Of a stretch of 64,000 bases of DNA, positions 25,454-40,467 are shown piece after piece. Source of the stretch: Octopus vulgaris. Lineage: Eukaryota. Under the pieces are notes generated by a model. That model searched no databases and was not told where the DNA came from. It worked only from the letters and a program-made list of their open reading frames with translations. The stretch is from NCBI GenBank assembly GCA_951406725.2, contig OX597821.1:8680001-8744000 (forward strand), given 5' to 3'. The stretch's first letter is position 1. Each line of letters starts with the position of its first letter. The translations under genes were made by a program, and so were the position numbers.

Positions 25454-26388
25454 AACGGCAGTTTGTCTGTCTGTGTGTCTGTGTGTCTGTCAGGTTGTAC
25501 CCTCACCCTGACCACAGCTTTCAACCGATTCTGATGAACTTGACACACACAGCCCAATGTCATAATTCAAAACTAACGAAGCGAAAATTTTGAAAAGTTC
25601 CTCCAGTTCTGAAAAAATTGATAAATTCGACATGGGGTCGAGAATCAGAAACACAAAGCACAGACTGTCTAGGGGACGCAACTTTTTAACTCTCAACTCC
25701 ATCAATATCCAGCTACTTGAAGCTATTCCTGGTGATGTCCACGTCTACAAATCTATTGATAGGACAGCAGACCCCGCCGAGCTTGCCGATTATCCTGTTG
25801 AATTCCTGAATTCACTTGAACCGCCAGGCCTGCCGCCACACATCCTGAAGTTAAAAGTCGGTGCGCCCATTATGCTCATCAGGAATTTGGTTCCACCTAA
25901 ACAGTGCAACGGCACACGTCTGGTTGTGAAACATTTGCCACCACATTTAATGACGGCCACAATACTTACCCGTTGTGGGAAGGGAGAGGACGTCTTCATT
26001 CCACGCATGCACCTTCAACCGTCGGGCGCTGACCTACCAATCCACTTCAGGCGTACTCAGTTTCCTGTTAAACTCTGCTTCGCAATGTCCATCAATAAAT
26101 CCCAAGGCCAAACGCTACAAGTCGCTGGGTTACAGTTGGGCGAACAGTGCTTCGCCCACGGTCAACTCTACGTGGGCTGTTCACGCATTGGGAGGCGCAA
26201 TGATGCTTTCATGTTTTCGCCCAAAGGGACAGCTAGGAACAGCGTATACACAGAGGTATTCGAGTGAAGTGAAGACATTGCAACCTACACATGCGCCTTC
26301 GTTCCCTAGAGGGAAAGGACTAGATTGGGATTAGTCGTTGCCTACTAGAGGGCCTTACATACCCGGGCAACGCCGGGCTATGCTGCTA

Positions 26389-26389
<1 letters not shown>
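25445..26389 (+). mobile_element. Non-autonomous Helitron
   Basis: 3' hairpin CCCGGGCAACGCCGGG then CTAG|T (26386-26390); contains PIF1 helicase C-terminus; 5' end blurred into (TA)n. Confidence 0.9.
25680..26267 (+). pseudogene. Helitron RepHel PIF1-family helicase C-terminal fragment (open frame)
   Basis: YPVEFLNSLEPPGLPPHILKLKVGAPIMLIRNL, CNGTRL, QFPVKLCFAMSINKSQGQTL, FAHGQLYVGCSR; no Walker A/B or Rep domain. Confidence 0.92.
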
Positions 26390-26438
<49 letters not shown>

Positions 26439-26495
26439 ATGTATGTATATATATATACACACATATACATATACATATACATATAAATATGTATG

Positions 26496-26541
<46 letters not shown>

Positions 26542-26708
26542 GAGAGAGATAGATAGATAGATAGATAGATAACTCGTGTATTGTATATACGTGTATATAT
26601 ATATATAAATTAATATATGGTAACACATTGCGCACGGCTATTTATATTAATTACATATATGTATGGATTTTTTCAGTTTGTCTCCACAGATCCATATCTA
26701 TCTATATG

Positions 26709-26827
<119 letters not shown>

Positions 26828-26880
26828 GTCTATCTATCTATCCATCTATATATATACACACACACACACGTACATATACA

Positions 26881-26911
<31 letters not shown>

Positions 26912-27750
26912 ATGTGTGTATGCGTGTGTGTATGTTTACCTACGTGTGTGTGTTTACTATACGAATTTCTTTTGTCTCCACACTAGACAGAGAATACCCA
27001 TAAGTTTTTAGTATAAATTCTAAATAAAATAAAACGAAATAGAAAAAACTCTTAGTAGATTCTTCCGATTCGGAAAAGTATTCACTCTTATGGGCAACAG
27101 GATCTTCACAATAATTATAAATTCAAAAGTCTCCCTTTTATTGTGCAACGTCTCCTTCGTAAGGAAGATCTTTGATCTATCGATGCACAGGTTTCTTGCC
27201 GCCGAAGTAGTCGAATGAAATGGTTTACGCATGCTTATAAACACGTTCAAAAAAGATTAGTCAGCATAAGACTTGAAAATAATTAATTATGAATATGTTA
27301 ATATTGTTTCTTTATATTTGTGGCCAAAAAGAATAGTTCTTTGCTTTTCACCGTAATGTTACCGTATTTGTTTACTAAAAACCTATTTAATTACATTGGA
27401 TTTACAACTCATTTCATTAGCTGTGAGGTGCTTTTAGTAATTTATTAATGTTACTTTTCTATGCTTGTACTGTTATGTAAATCAGACGCACCAATTTAGG
27501 TCTAAGCGGGGTTTGTGTTTACTATAAATACTTTTTAGGATACATTCCATCTTGGTTCAGGAAAAGAGTAATTGATCTCTGATGATATGGTAATTATTAC
27601 TGAATCTAATCAGTCTGATCGGTTTGTTTTTGTAACAGATAGCCAAAGAAAAAACATAAGAACAAAAACAAAACGATTTTGACATTGCTTATGTACAGAG
27701 TGAAGCAGAAATGTGTTTTTGTTAGAAACAGAAGTTAGCTTTTGTGTATG

Positions 27751-27846
<96 letters not shown>

Positions 27847-28194
27847 GGGTGTATGTATTTATCTATCTAGAAACATACAGATTGGAATACATAGAGAGAG
27901 AGAGAGAGAGAGAGAGAAAGAGGAGAGTGATATAAAAGAAGAGAAAAAAGACAGCGTAACAGATAGCTTCATAGACACTTTGATAGATTGATCTTTGTGG
28001 TCAGTGTGGGTGTGTATGCACGTGTTAACATATCACATATGTCTGCTAATGTAATTATATACTGTTATCAATTAGATCAATTAGATGTGAATGAAACAGT
28101 CAGTTATATATATGTTTGTATTTATGTGTGCGGACAATCATAGATATATATATACACATATACACATATATCTGTTAACATAAATATGTAAGTG

Positions 28195-28760
<566 letters not shown>

Positions 28761-29491
28761 ACTTACGTGTATCGTATGTATATATACAATCAGACACACG
28801 TACATACATATCAATATACAAACACACTCATATACATTTATATAAACAATACATGAAAGAGAACTTAACAATATAACAAAACATTAGATTAAATGCAGCG
28901 AACCGAGATGTAAATAATATTAATGTTATATGCTATTATAAAATTAAAGGAGGAAAAAAAGAACCTTTCTATGAATTATGAATAAAAATACAGCAGGCAT
29001 AAGCTGTTAAAATTAGATCTATAAATTTTAGTGGAACACTAGGGAAACCGTAATTTACTGCGTTAGTCTATATTGTACAGGACACAGCTCGATACCCTTG
29101 ATCAAGTAACTCATCATAAAGGGACATTAATAAAATATTTTGTAACCTACGGCAAACAAATAAAAACCCAGCTACGATCGGGTCTCATGTAGGCACTCAA
29201 TTTGCTAGAAACAACAGAAGATATATCCTTTAAATCGCGGCATGACTGACTACGCGGTATGTCCATCAGTATTTAATCGTTACTACAACAATTAGAATTT
29301 TTTCTGATTCTCCGAATTAGTAAGGTGTGGCTCGTATTCAAACAACCAAGTCCTCGCAGTATAGACGTCGGATCGAATATGCTGCAGTATTCTTTCTGGT
29401 TCTCATCGGTACGCGTTCAAGTCCCACTGAGATCAACTTTTCGTTTCATCTTTTCGTGATCGATAAATATAATGTTACTAAAGTACAAAAT

Positions 29492-29531
<40 letters not shown>

Positions 29532-30672
29532 TAAGGAACCGGTTATAATGAGACCTGATAAGGAACAACATGCACCAGGGTTAATGTCATACGGTGACAT
29601 TTATGTCACTGTTTATGTCACTACGGTGGGTCTACGATTCAGTTGAAGATGAGGGCCCAACGTTAGTTAAGCAATCCTTCCACCACTACTCATAAAAACA
29701 CTCAAACCGAACGTTTACTCCCTAAACAACGACATCCTCAGCTTGTCTGGATTTTATAGCCTTTCTCTCCATACGCTCATATAAGTTTCCATCAGTTGCC
29801 TGTCTTGTGCCCCACTGTACAATGTCCGCATCGATATTCCTCCTAAACTTTCTTTCTCTTTACAACAAGCCAATTTAAAATCTGTATGAATTTTTCTAGA
29901 AACAGATATACAGTTATTTCAGCTGAACACCAATTACATCAACATCATAAGCTTAGGAGAATGCTTTAGTGGACATTGCGACTAATCTTCTTCTTCCGAA
30001 TGCACTATAATCTCAAATCGTGTTCACATTTTATTAACAGTGCAGGAACCAGAACAAAATAAATCTCAATAAATCTCAAATGTTTTTTTATTAATGACCA
30101 AGTGGCAGTAAGAAGAGTATCGTATTTGACACACTTCAAGAGCTTAGTGACCAGTTGGAGGAAGACAGGGACCTATATTCAGATCGGAACTCAGGCTTGA
30201 ATAGTTCTAACAGAACAAACTTCTATAACATTGCATAAAGCCCAACACAAAATGTGAAACGGGGTGATAGAAGAATTAATTATGGAAGTAAGACTGTAAA
30301 AATTCGCATAATTTTCCTGTGCAGCATGTGAAATTTGATTCAGTCGTCTACCACCGAATAATGGGCCATGTAGAATTTGCTTCTCTGTAACAGAGCAACC
30401 TTCATATATTTGGAATAAATTTAACTAATAGAAAAGAAGCACATTTAAAGACATGTATAAATATTATATGAAACCATACTAAGATGTACTAAAGGATTTT
30501 AGCCTGAATTCCAGGAAAAAATGTAAATAATAGAAGAGAAAAATGTCTAAAAGCTTTTCGTACGCCTAAATACGAAATGTTATGCACACGCCGGCGCAAA
30601 TGCATAGGTAACACTCAGTAGTACGCACATACGTGTGTATATATGTGCGTGTGTGTGCACGGGCATGTACAC

Positions 30673-30704
<32 letters not shown>

Positions 30705-31542
30705 GTATGTATACTCCTAAATATGGAGTCATATATATATACATCGTACATACATACATGCACACATATGTATGTTTGTGCGTATATGTGCATATATTTA
30801 TATGTACACATACAGAAGGAAATGTATGTGAATGTATGTACATGTATATATCCATACATATATGAATACACACACACACACAAACGCACACACACACACA
30901 CAGACACACTCACACACACACTTGCAGCCGCTTATGTTCTTTTCTAAAATATTTTTTTCTGTATTTCTGTCCATTTCAGTGTATCTTTAGTAGTGTTCAA
31001 GTAGAAATTTGTGAAATATCATGATATTCCGATAAGGTAACCATGTAATTTTGGATTCTGTTCTACATTTCATTTACATTTGTGTGATTCTTCATCTCAT
31101 ACTGAGCTTCCATAACAAATAAAATAAAACTAAACCAAAAAAAAAAAAACGACACATGAAAATAAAAAAAAAAACAACAACAAAAGACTGAAAAAGAAAA
31201 CGAAAATAAAGAAATCTGTACAAAAGCGGTGCCTTGCGGCTACCATAAACGTATGTAGCTACCGTAAATGCAACATACTGCAAATGGAGCCAGAATTACT
31301 CTAAGACATTCTATGTATGATGATTCTGATTCTGATAATAAAATGCAATGATCACCTCGCACCACAAATAAAAACAAAAAGTCATTGAAGGAGAAGGAAT
31401 ATGTGCGAACAACTGGGGCTACAGCCATTCAATAAAATCTGACGCATTACCGATACGTGTGCGCGTGTGTATGTAAGTCTGTGTGTGTATCTGTGTGTAT
31501 CATTGAGTACATGTGTATGTGTGTATGTGAGTGTGTGTATGC

Positions 31543-31583
<41 letters not shown>

Positions 31584-31626
31584 TATATGTATATGTGTGT
31601 GCTTCTGAAAAGATATATATGCATTA

Positions 31627-31679
<53 letters not shown>

Positions 31680-31720
31680 AACAGAAGGAAATGTATGTGA
31701 ATGTATGTGAATGTATGCAC

Positions 31721-31757
<37 letters not shown>

Positions 31758-31854
31758 ATATATGTATATACATGTATGCATATTTACATACGCTTACACA
31801 TTTATATATATATATACATACATATATATATATATGTCTACATCTCTCTCTCTC

Positions 31855-31885
<31 letters not shown>

Positions 31886-32542
31886 ATGTATCTGTATATA
31901 TATGTATATGCATATATACGCACATATAAATAATTATACATACACAAACATATGTGTGGATAATAGGGTTCGAATGATGAAAATATCTTCCCTGGATTGT
32001 GTCATTATTCGTTTCCATACGTCCCTATCCTCTCCTTTCACCTTCCCACCGCCCCCCCCCCCATTCAGCCTCTCCTGTTTTTTCTCCTTCTAAACTCATG
32101 CACATTATCACACACAGTCACAAACGAACACACAAGCACGAATATACCTAGACGCTACACTCTTACACACACACACACACAAGCACATCATTACACATTT
32201 ACATAAAAACAAAACAAAAAAAAACCATCCTTCCTTCCCTCCGCGCCCATTCCATCGTCTCCATATCACACGTATACTACGCCATGTCTTTTGTCACTCA
32301 GTAACACAAAAATGTTGCCATAATATTTCTAATAACTCTCAGAAATTCCTCGACACTATAGAATCTCTCTCTGTTTCTCGCCGCCCTCTCTCCTCCAGTC
32401 TCATGAATGGTTATGATAATAACCATAATACTAATAATAACAACAACTACGCTAATAAATGTGATATTAACAATAATAACGATAATAATACTAGTGACTT
32501 TAAATTCATAATAATAATAATAATATTTTTTGAAGTTATAAA

Positions 32543-32769
32543 ATTCTTCTTCTTCTTCTTCTTCTTCTTCTTCTTCTTCTTCTTCTTCTTCTTCTTCTTC
32601 TTCTTCTTCTTCTTCTTCTTCTTCTTCTTCTTCTTCTTCTTCTTCTTCTTCTTCATGATAATAATAATTTCTTTATTTGCCGCAAGGGCTTGGATAGTTA
32701 GGGACAGTGACAAGAGAAGCAAAATATAGAAACATATAGAAGCGGGGCGGTATCGAATAAAAACATATT

Positions 32770-32821
<52 letters not shown>

Positions 32822-32890
32822 CGACGATGACAACGACGATGATGATGATGATAATGACGATGATGATGATGTTGATGATGATGACGATTT
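32543..32890. repeat. (TTC)n and (GAT)n trinucleotide tracts
   Basis: (TTC)n 32543-32655; (GAT/GAC)n 32770-32890. Confidence 0.95.
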
Positions 32891-33504
32891 TGATGATTAT
32901 GTTATTAATATCAACGAGATATATTCATTATCTGTATATTCGCATTTCAAATGCCTTTGGCGAATTAGAAATGTTTGTTTCTTATAATCTACTTGTTTAG
33001 ATACGTAAAACAGAGGCCCTCGGCTATAACAAATATTAAAAACATAATACATACCATAACTGATGGATTTTTTTTTATTGGTCCTGAGGTGCGGGAGGGT
33101 GAAGGCAACGTCAATATCCGGTATATGAGAGAATGTTTAGATACGTAACTGAATACCACAAGTCATTCAAAGAGGCACTTTTATGCTTCTTTTACACTCT
33201 AGTAAACACAATTCGTCTAACACAGACTACACAATTACAACTCAACACTAAAATACACGACATAGCTGACACTTCAAATACGAAACCTAATCACCACATG
33301 TCAAATAACACATCTTACATAGTACATATGGCACTCAACAAACAGATGAAATACTAAAATAACATCAGAAACCACAAAACAGACACAACAATTGAAAGCG
33401 GATGCTGCACACAAATAGAATTCTGCACCGTCGTACATTAATTTTTCTTAGTGAAATGTTATACGTATTGGTCTTATAAGTTATATATTACAAATTTTCA
33501 GGTA

Positions 33505-33662
33505 TGGTCAAATGACTGAGAAGCAAGCTTTGCAACCACGTGGTTTCGGGTTCAACCCCACACTGCAGCAACTTGGGCATGTGCCAGCTACAAAAGGTCC
33601 GGGCCGACCAATGCCTAGTGAGTGGACTTAGTAGTCGGAAACTGTGTAGATGCTCATTGTAT
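33505..33662 (+). mobile_element. Old diverged SINE family A 5' half
   Basis: GCAACCACGTGGTTTCGGGTTCAACCCCAC...GGGCCGACCAATGCC...GGAAACTG. Confidence 0.7.
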
Positions 33663-33670
33663 ATTATATA

Positions 33671-33835
33671 GGCGCAGGAGTGGCTGTGTGGTAAGCAGCT
33701 TGCTTACCAACCACATGGTTCCGGGTTCATTCCCACTGCGTGGCACTTTGGGCAAGTGTCTTCTACTATAGCCTCGGGCCGACCAAAGCCTTGTGAGTGG
33801 GTTTGGTAGAGGGAAACTGAAAGAAGCCCTTCGTA

Positions 33836-33872
<37 letters not shown>

Positions 33873-34106
33873 GTATGTATGTATGTATGTGTATAAGTTT
33901 GTGTGTCTGTGTTTGTCCCCCCAACATCGCTTGACAACCGATGCTGGTGTGTTTACGTCACCGTAACTTAGTGGTTCGGCGAAAGAGACCGATAGAATAA
34001 ATATTAGGCTTACAAAGAATAAGTACTGGTGTCGATTTGCTCGACTAAAGGCGGTGCTCCAGCATGGCCGCAGTCAAATGACTGAAACAAGTAAAAGAGT
34101 AAAAGT
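33671..34106 (+). mobile_element. SINE family A, full length (sense reference copy)
   Basis: GGCGCAGGAGTGGCTGTGTGGTAAG through GAAACAAGTAAAAGAGTAAAAG. Confidence 0.95.
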
Positions 34107-34107
34107 G

Positions 34108-34168
<61 letters not shown>

Positions 34169-34449
34169 AAATTACGTAAAAATTGCCGAAGGACGACAAA
34201 GGAATGCACGCTAAAAATACACACACGACGTGGATATTCTGATCCCACATCAATTAGCTTCCAAAATATTATTACAATTTAGCACCATTATCGATAAGAT
34301 TGTTCATTTTGGTGGGGGTCACCAGCGAACCGCTGTTGGGAAAAGTGAGCGGACACACAGAACAGTGACAAAACCATAAAAAAGTATAATCGACGACAGA
34401 ATAAACACATAGCAAAATGGAAAACTATCTAACATGTAAACAGACAATA

Positions 34450-35100
34450 AAGTAAATAGCATATCTATGAGAATAAGCCCTAGAAAACTTCAAGTATACT
34501 AACTAATAAAACTGACTATAACCATATGGATAATAGGAAATATAAGATTAAAATTCTTAAAATGTTAAAATGTTTTTGGACCAGCAGATAATTTCTCGCT
34601 TTTATCAGAAAATATGGGCAGACTATAAGAAGGTCTTTGACTAAGATCTGCATACGTGAATTCTGGAAATATTAGTTTAGTTATTGTACGAAAAATAGTA
34701 CAAAGGGATATGAAACAGAGCTTGAGTATGTCACGAAAAACTCTGAAGATTTGAGCAAAAGGGGAATTCTTAATAAGATATGTAAAATAGTCTATATACG
34801 ATTGTAAGCATTCTTAAGAGTATCATTTTCTTAACGGCTTTTATGCTAGGTACTAATACATTTAACGAACTATTTAATCAAATTGAATTTTTATAATATT
34901 TTTCTGGAAATAACTATCAATCATGTCTGGCATTTGAATTAGATTAATTGTATAGTACTGATAATATACAACTAGAAACACTTCTGCAGGCGGTACTTAA
35001 ATTTCATAGTGGAATTCATATGCGATTGGGGTTCTAAAAATGATCCAAATCAATCTTGACAAGTGTAGCATTAATTAGGACAGACACTATGAGTTAAGAG
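34450..35100 (+). mobile_element. Highly degenerate R2/R4-group RT remnant
   Basis: IWADYKKVFD*DLHT*ILEIL (~34611-34673), then TINHVWHL and LDKCS in the expected order. Confidence 0.55.
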
Positions 35101-35294
35101 ATTTATATAAACCATTAATAAGACAAACACTGTGAGTTAAGAGGTTTATATAAAACACAAGTATAAAAATTATTTGAAATTAATAAACGAGAGTACAAAA
35201 CACACAAAACATATTGACTGATTTAATTATTTCTGAAGAAACTAATTCAATTCGAATGGATGAGCAAATAGATAAGAAGAAAGCTAATCTTTCC

Positions 35295-35692
35295 TTTGTT
35301 TGTTTTAGTCACTGAATTGTGGCCATGCTGCGGAATCGCCTTGAAGGCTTTTGTTGAGCAAATCGATCCCAGCACATATATATATATTAAAGTCTGGTAC
35401 TTACTCTACCCGCCTCTTTTGCAGAACCACTAGATTACGGGGATCGAAACAAACCAACAACGGTTGTAAAACGGTGTGTATGGGTAGCAAACACACATAA
35501 ATACACACACATAGGCACAAACACATAACGCACATATAGGCCCCCATACAATTCTGTCTACCAAATTCACTAACAAAGCATTGGGCGGCTGGGGGCTAGA
35601 GTAGAAGACACTTACCCGAGGTGTCCCACAGTGGAACTGAATCCACAATCACGTGGTTTTAAAGTGAGCTTCTTTACCACACAGCTATGCTA
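35295..35692 (-). mobile_element. SINE family A, older subfamily
   Basis: Colinear with other copies but more diverged. Confidence 0.85.
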
Positions 35693-36505
35693 ACGCCTTG
35701 TAAATATCTTTATGTTAAATATATTTCCTAGAATTGATAAGATAGCAATGAGCTGTGGTTGTCTAACTTGGTAGAATCCACTAAAATTGGTAAGATAGAA
35801 GTGGTCTGAGATGTTTTTTTGTTGAATTGGATGGAGAGTGATGCTCTGTGCGATAGCGATGGACTGTGGTAGTCTAGATTAAAGATAGGCACTATAATTA
35901 CTGAGATAGTGATGGATTGCATGCTGAGCATGAATCGTATTCGAAAATTCAGACACAAAATAAAAAAAGAAAGTGAAAATTGAAGGTTTATACACACAAT
36001 AATAATGCAGGTTAATATGAACGTAGGACTAAATGGTTCACAGTTACATAACCTTATCCATTCGGCAATCTTATATTTAAAAAACACTCCTACAAATAAA
36101 AAAAAATAACAGAGATAAATCAAACAAATAGCATTCCGAAAGCAGTAATTTGTTTGAATATGTTCAGTGAAAAAAAGAACAACAAAAAATATGAAAATTC
36201 TATAGAAAAAACGAAAAATATATAGAATCACGCGAAAAATTTCCTATTTTTTGTAACTATTATTATTTCAATCATAAGAATTATCTAACTGAAATACTTT
36301 TTTCTCACCTCAAACATGGCGGGGTGATCTACTTGGGGAATTACTGTTGACAAATCTCACGATAAGGACAAATAAAGAAACAACAAACAAACCAAGATTT
36401 AAAAATGTGTGTTGAACAAAAGTGAAAGTGAAACAACCATTTATATAAACTGAAGACGACCGTTTGTAAATACAGGTTCTAGAAACATTGAATCACTCGT
36501 CACAT

Positions 36506-36570
<65 letters not shown>

Positions 36571-36692
36571 TGATATATACATATACTTATATATGCATAT
36601 ATACGTATGTACACACATAGATGTATGCATACATACATATATTTACATACATACACACATATTTAAATATCTGTACACACACACACACAGAG

Positions 36693-36755
<63 letters not shown>

Positions 36756-36973
36756 ATGCAAACACATACATACATACACAAAAATCTTATTGTAGATTGC
36801 TAACCTAGCATTGCTGATACCTTCAATTTGGATTCTGAAAATTTTCTCACCATTGATTATTTGTTTTGCAGATTCCTCTTCTTTACACATCTTTCTATCT
36901 ATCATCTAGCCACCTACCTACCTACCTACCTGCCTACCTACCTACATGCCTACCTACCTGCCTACCTACCAAA

Positions 36974-37247
<274 letters not shown>

Positions 37248-37839
37248 GTCTGTCTGTCTGTCTGTCTATCTGTCTGTCTGTCTGTCTGTCAGTCTTTCCA
37301 ATTTTTCAAGTTCTGTTTTCTTTCTTTTCATTGATCATTTATAATTTATTCATTTCATTTTCACCACTCCAGACGATTTGACTTCCTTTCTTTCTCCTCG
37401 TTGATTTTCTCCTTCTTTCTTTCTATCGTCGTTTTGTTTGTTTCTTCTTTCTTTTCTTTCCTCCTCCCTTCCCTTCATTCCTTTGTTTCTTGTTTTCCCT
37501 TTTTGCTTGTTGATTTGCTTCCTTATTTTCCTATTTTACTTCTTTCTTTCTTACTTTCTTCCTTCCTTCCTTCCTTCCTTCATTTCTTTTCTTTTCTTTC
37601 TACCCCGAGCTTGCATTATTCGAACCACATCCACAGTCAGTAGATTACTTTAAATATCTCTGCTATCATGAATTTATTTCATCGTTCAAAACATCGAAAC
37701 TTACGTGAACCTACATATTAACTTTGCAGTAATAGTGGTAGCCGTCATAGCAACTTTGCGCTAATAGTAGAGGAACTAGCAGCTGGTAGTAGTAGTAGCA
37801 GTTGTAGTAGTAGTAGTTGTAACAGCTGTAGTAATTTTG

Positions 37840-38420
37840 TTCTCAAATTTTGGTAGTAGACCAGCAATTTCAGAAGCAGAGGAAGTCGATTACATCGACC
37901 CCAGTACTCAGTTGATACATTCATTTATTATCGTCGGAAGGATGAAAGGCAGCAAGTTTGGGGGAGTGGATAAGTCGATTATATCGACCCCAGTATTGAA
38001 GTGGTACTTACGGTAACAACCTCGAAAGAATGAGAAGCAAAGTGAATCTCGGTGAAATTTGAACTCAGAACGTAAAGACAGCCGAACTGCCGCTAAGCAT
38101 TTTGCCCGGTGCGCTAACCATTCTGCCAGCTCTACGCCTTAACAACTGCAGCATTAGCTGTAGTTTTGCCTTTTATCTTTTCGGGGCCGATGAACTAAGT
38201 ACCGGTGGAGCACTGGGGCCGTTATTATCGACTAACCCCCACCCGCCTCACAATTTGCTGACCTCGTGCAAAAATCCAAAACCATAATAATGATAATGGC
38301 ATAATGGTTAAAACGCTGCGCAAAATGCTTAGCAGCATTTCCTCCGTCATCTCGGTCTGAGTTCAAATTCCACCGAGGTTGACTTTTCATTTCACCCTTT
38401 CGAGGTCGTTAAATTAAGAA
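37840..38420. mobile_element. Cluster of SINE family B fragments in both orientations
   Basis: Minus copy ~37840-38140 with partial tandem body; plus fragments ~38170-38290 and ~38300-38420. Confidence 0.75.
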
Positions 38421-39085
38421 GTAGTAGTTGTAGCAACAGCAGCAGCAAGATTTGTTTGTCGGTTGCTGCTTTTGCTCAATCTTAGCAGTTTTCTACTTGA
38501 GATAAAGTCAGAGTCGACCGTGAATTACTCGTCTTTTCTAAACCTATTGTATCTTGGACAACATTATTCAATATGACCTACTTCCTTTATGACAGTGTTA
38601 TGGGGTATGAAAGAGATTTGTCGTTTATTTCTAGCAGATCTAGCTACTACATAGTGGTCCCTTTGTTTAGTTGCTTCATAGCCTTTTTTAACATTTGTGT
38701 AAAGATGATCCTAGTGAAAGCTTTCTTGCAGCCGTTAGATCTGCTGGAAAGAACTGCCAAATTTCCCTCGTACTAAACCTTCTCATCTCGAAAGAGAAGA
38801 ATGCTTGGAGTAATGTAGTCTCAGCTATAAATACAAAAGAATACGATGGTCAAAGTTGGAACAGCTTTGATCTTACGTCTAGGAGATGAGGACTGACCTC
38901 GGGTTAAATAGTAACAGCATCATGCGAAAGATGTCAATAAATGGCATAGAGGAAAAGTCGTTATGAGAGATAGGGAGAAAACGGAGAGAAAGAGATAGTG
39001 CGTGAGAGAAAGACTGAAATAGGGAGATACACATGGAACTAGTGAGGGAGATAGAGATAGAGAGAAAAGTGTAAATATGGATGGT

Positions 39086-39156
<71 letters not shown>

Positions 39157-39523
39157 GGAGAGAGACAGAGAGCGAGAGGGAGAGAGAGGGGAGAAACTGT
39201 GATTAATCAAGGATACATGATAAAAATGTTTGAGGAGAAATAGAGATACTAGTTTGTGTAGGACAGTTGAGTAATCGATAAATTCTATCAGATTGTCAGA
39301 TTGATGAACACATACATATACGTATATACGTATATATATATATATATATATAAATGAAAAATATTCATACAAAAATGTGTATGTATGAATGAATACGTAT
39401 GTATACACACACTTATGTAAGTATATATTTATATATATATATTTATAAAAAAGACAAAAATATGTATGTATAATATATACATATGTATTCATACACGTAT
39501 GTAGGTATACATGAAATAATATT

Positions 39524-39950
39524 CATGAGAAAAGTTGGGAAATAATTGCATTTGGTGGAGCATCATGGATAATAAATATACTCAATGCATCTATATTTTT
39601 TTGAAGAAAATCCCATTAACCATACAAAATTGGAACGAGATCCAAGGAAATGAAACCCCATAGATAATATTAATCCTTTTAAATGTTCAACTCGAAGCCG
39701 AGATTGTCTATCCAGTGCAAGTCTTTTTAGCCACTCAAAGGTACAAGAATATATGCAAGCTAATAATTAATCTTCACCACCTCAAAGAATATATATCTGC
39801 CAGTTCTGTAATGAAAGTTGTGTTTCCATCAGTGGTTTGGTGAAACATGTGTCTGTATTGCATTGCGCTAAAGCGAGAAGGAACATTTATGTATTGGATG
39901 TGGTAAATGTGGTAAATCATCAACTGGGCTAAAAATGACATCTTCATTTT
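39524..39950 (+). mobile_element. RTE-clade LINE C-terminal remnant with three C2H2-like fingers
   Basis: SWEIIAFGGASW...IFF; FKCSTRSRDCLSSASLFSH; CQFCNESCVSISGLVKHVSVLH (C-x2-C-x12-H-x4-H, 39798-39863); LCIGCGKCGKSSTGLK. Confidence 0.65.
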
Positions 39951-40290
39951 GAGTTCATTAACAACCAGTTGTTCAGTTATTTTTGAATCAACATCAATCA
40001 AATGTGTGTGTGCGTGTGTGTGAAACGATGGTTCTTCGTCGCTTTCAAAGATGGACGTTCCATTATTCTATCAAATGAATTGCTGAATAAGCTTGTCAGT
40101 GTATGGCATGGCTGTACTTTTGAATTACAATTGATATGATGGCGGTCTTCAATATGGTTTCCGGCTCACACGGTGTCGGTGAGTCTGACTTTATAGAAAG
40201 ATGCCACGTAGCGCCAACAAAACCGGGACTGCGTGGTTGCGAGGCGAACTTCTTAAACACCCAGCTATACCAAGCCTAAATGTGTATGCG

Positions 40291-40321
<31 letters not shown>

Positions 40322-40433
40322 GTCATTATGCAGTTTATTTCAAGATTTCTTGCCAATAGAGAAGGAACCAGTTTCTAACCTAGATCCAAGGCTCCTTCAT
40401 TGGGATTTCAACATCAACAACAAGGTATGTATG

Positions 40434-40467
<34 letters not shown>

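Noticed and set aside
25531-25540. CTGATGA as a hammerhead core (also ~27580 and ~52005)
   Set aside because: No correctly placed GAAA box or stems; the 25531 case is part of the Helitron 5' region
25590-26267. Host PIF1 helicase gene
   Set aside because: Intronless C-terminal fragment followed by a Helitron hairpin-CTAG terminus
29760-29845. Minus-strand YRCGHCTVGHKTGN* zinc-knuckle-like peptide
   Set aside because: Spacing is off by one, the last Cys is a stop, and there is no supporting context
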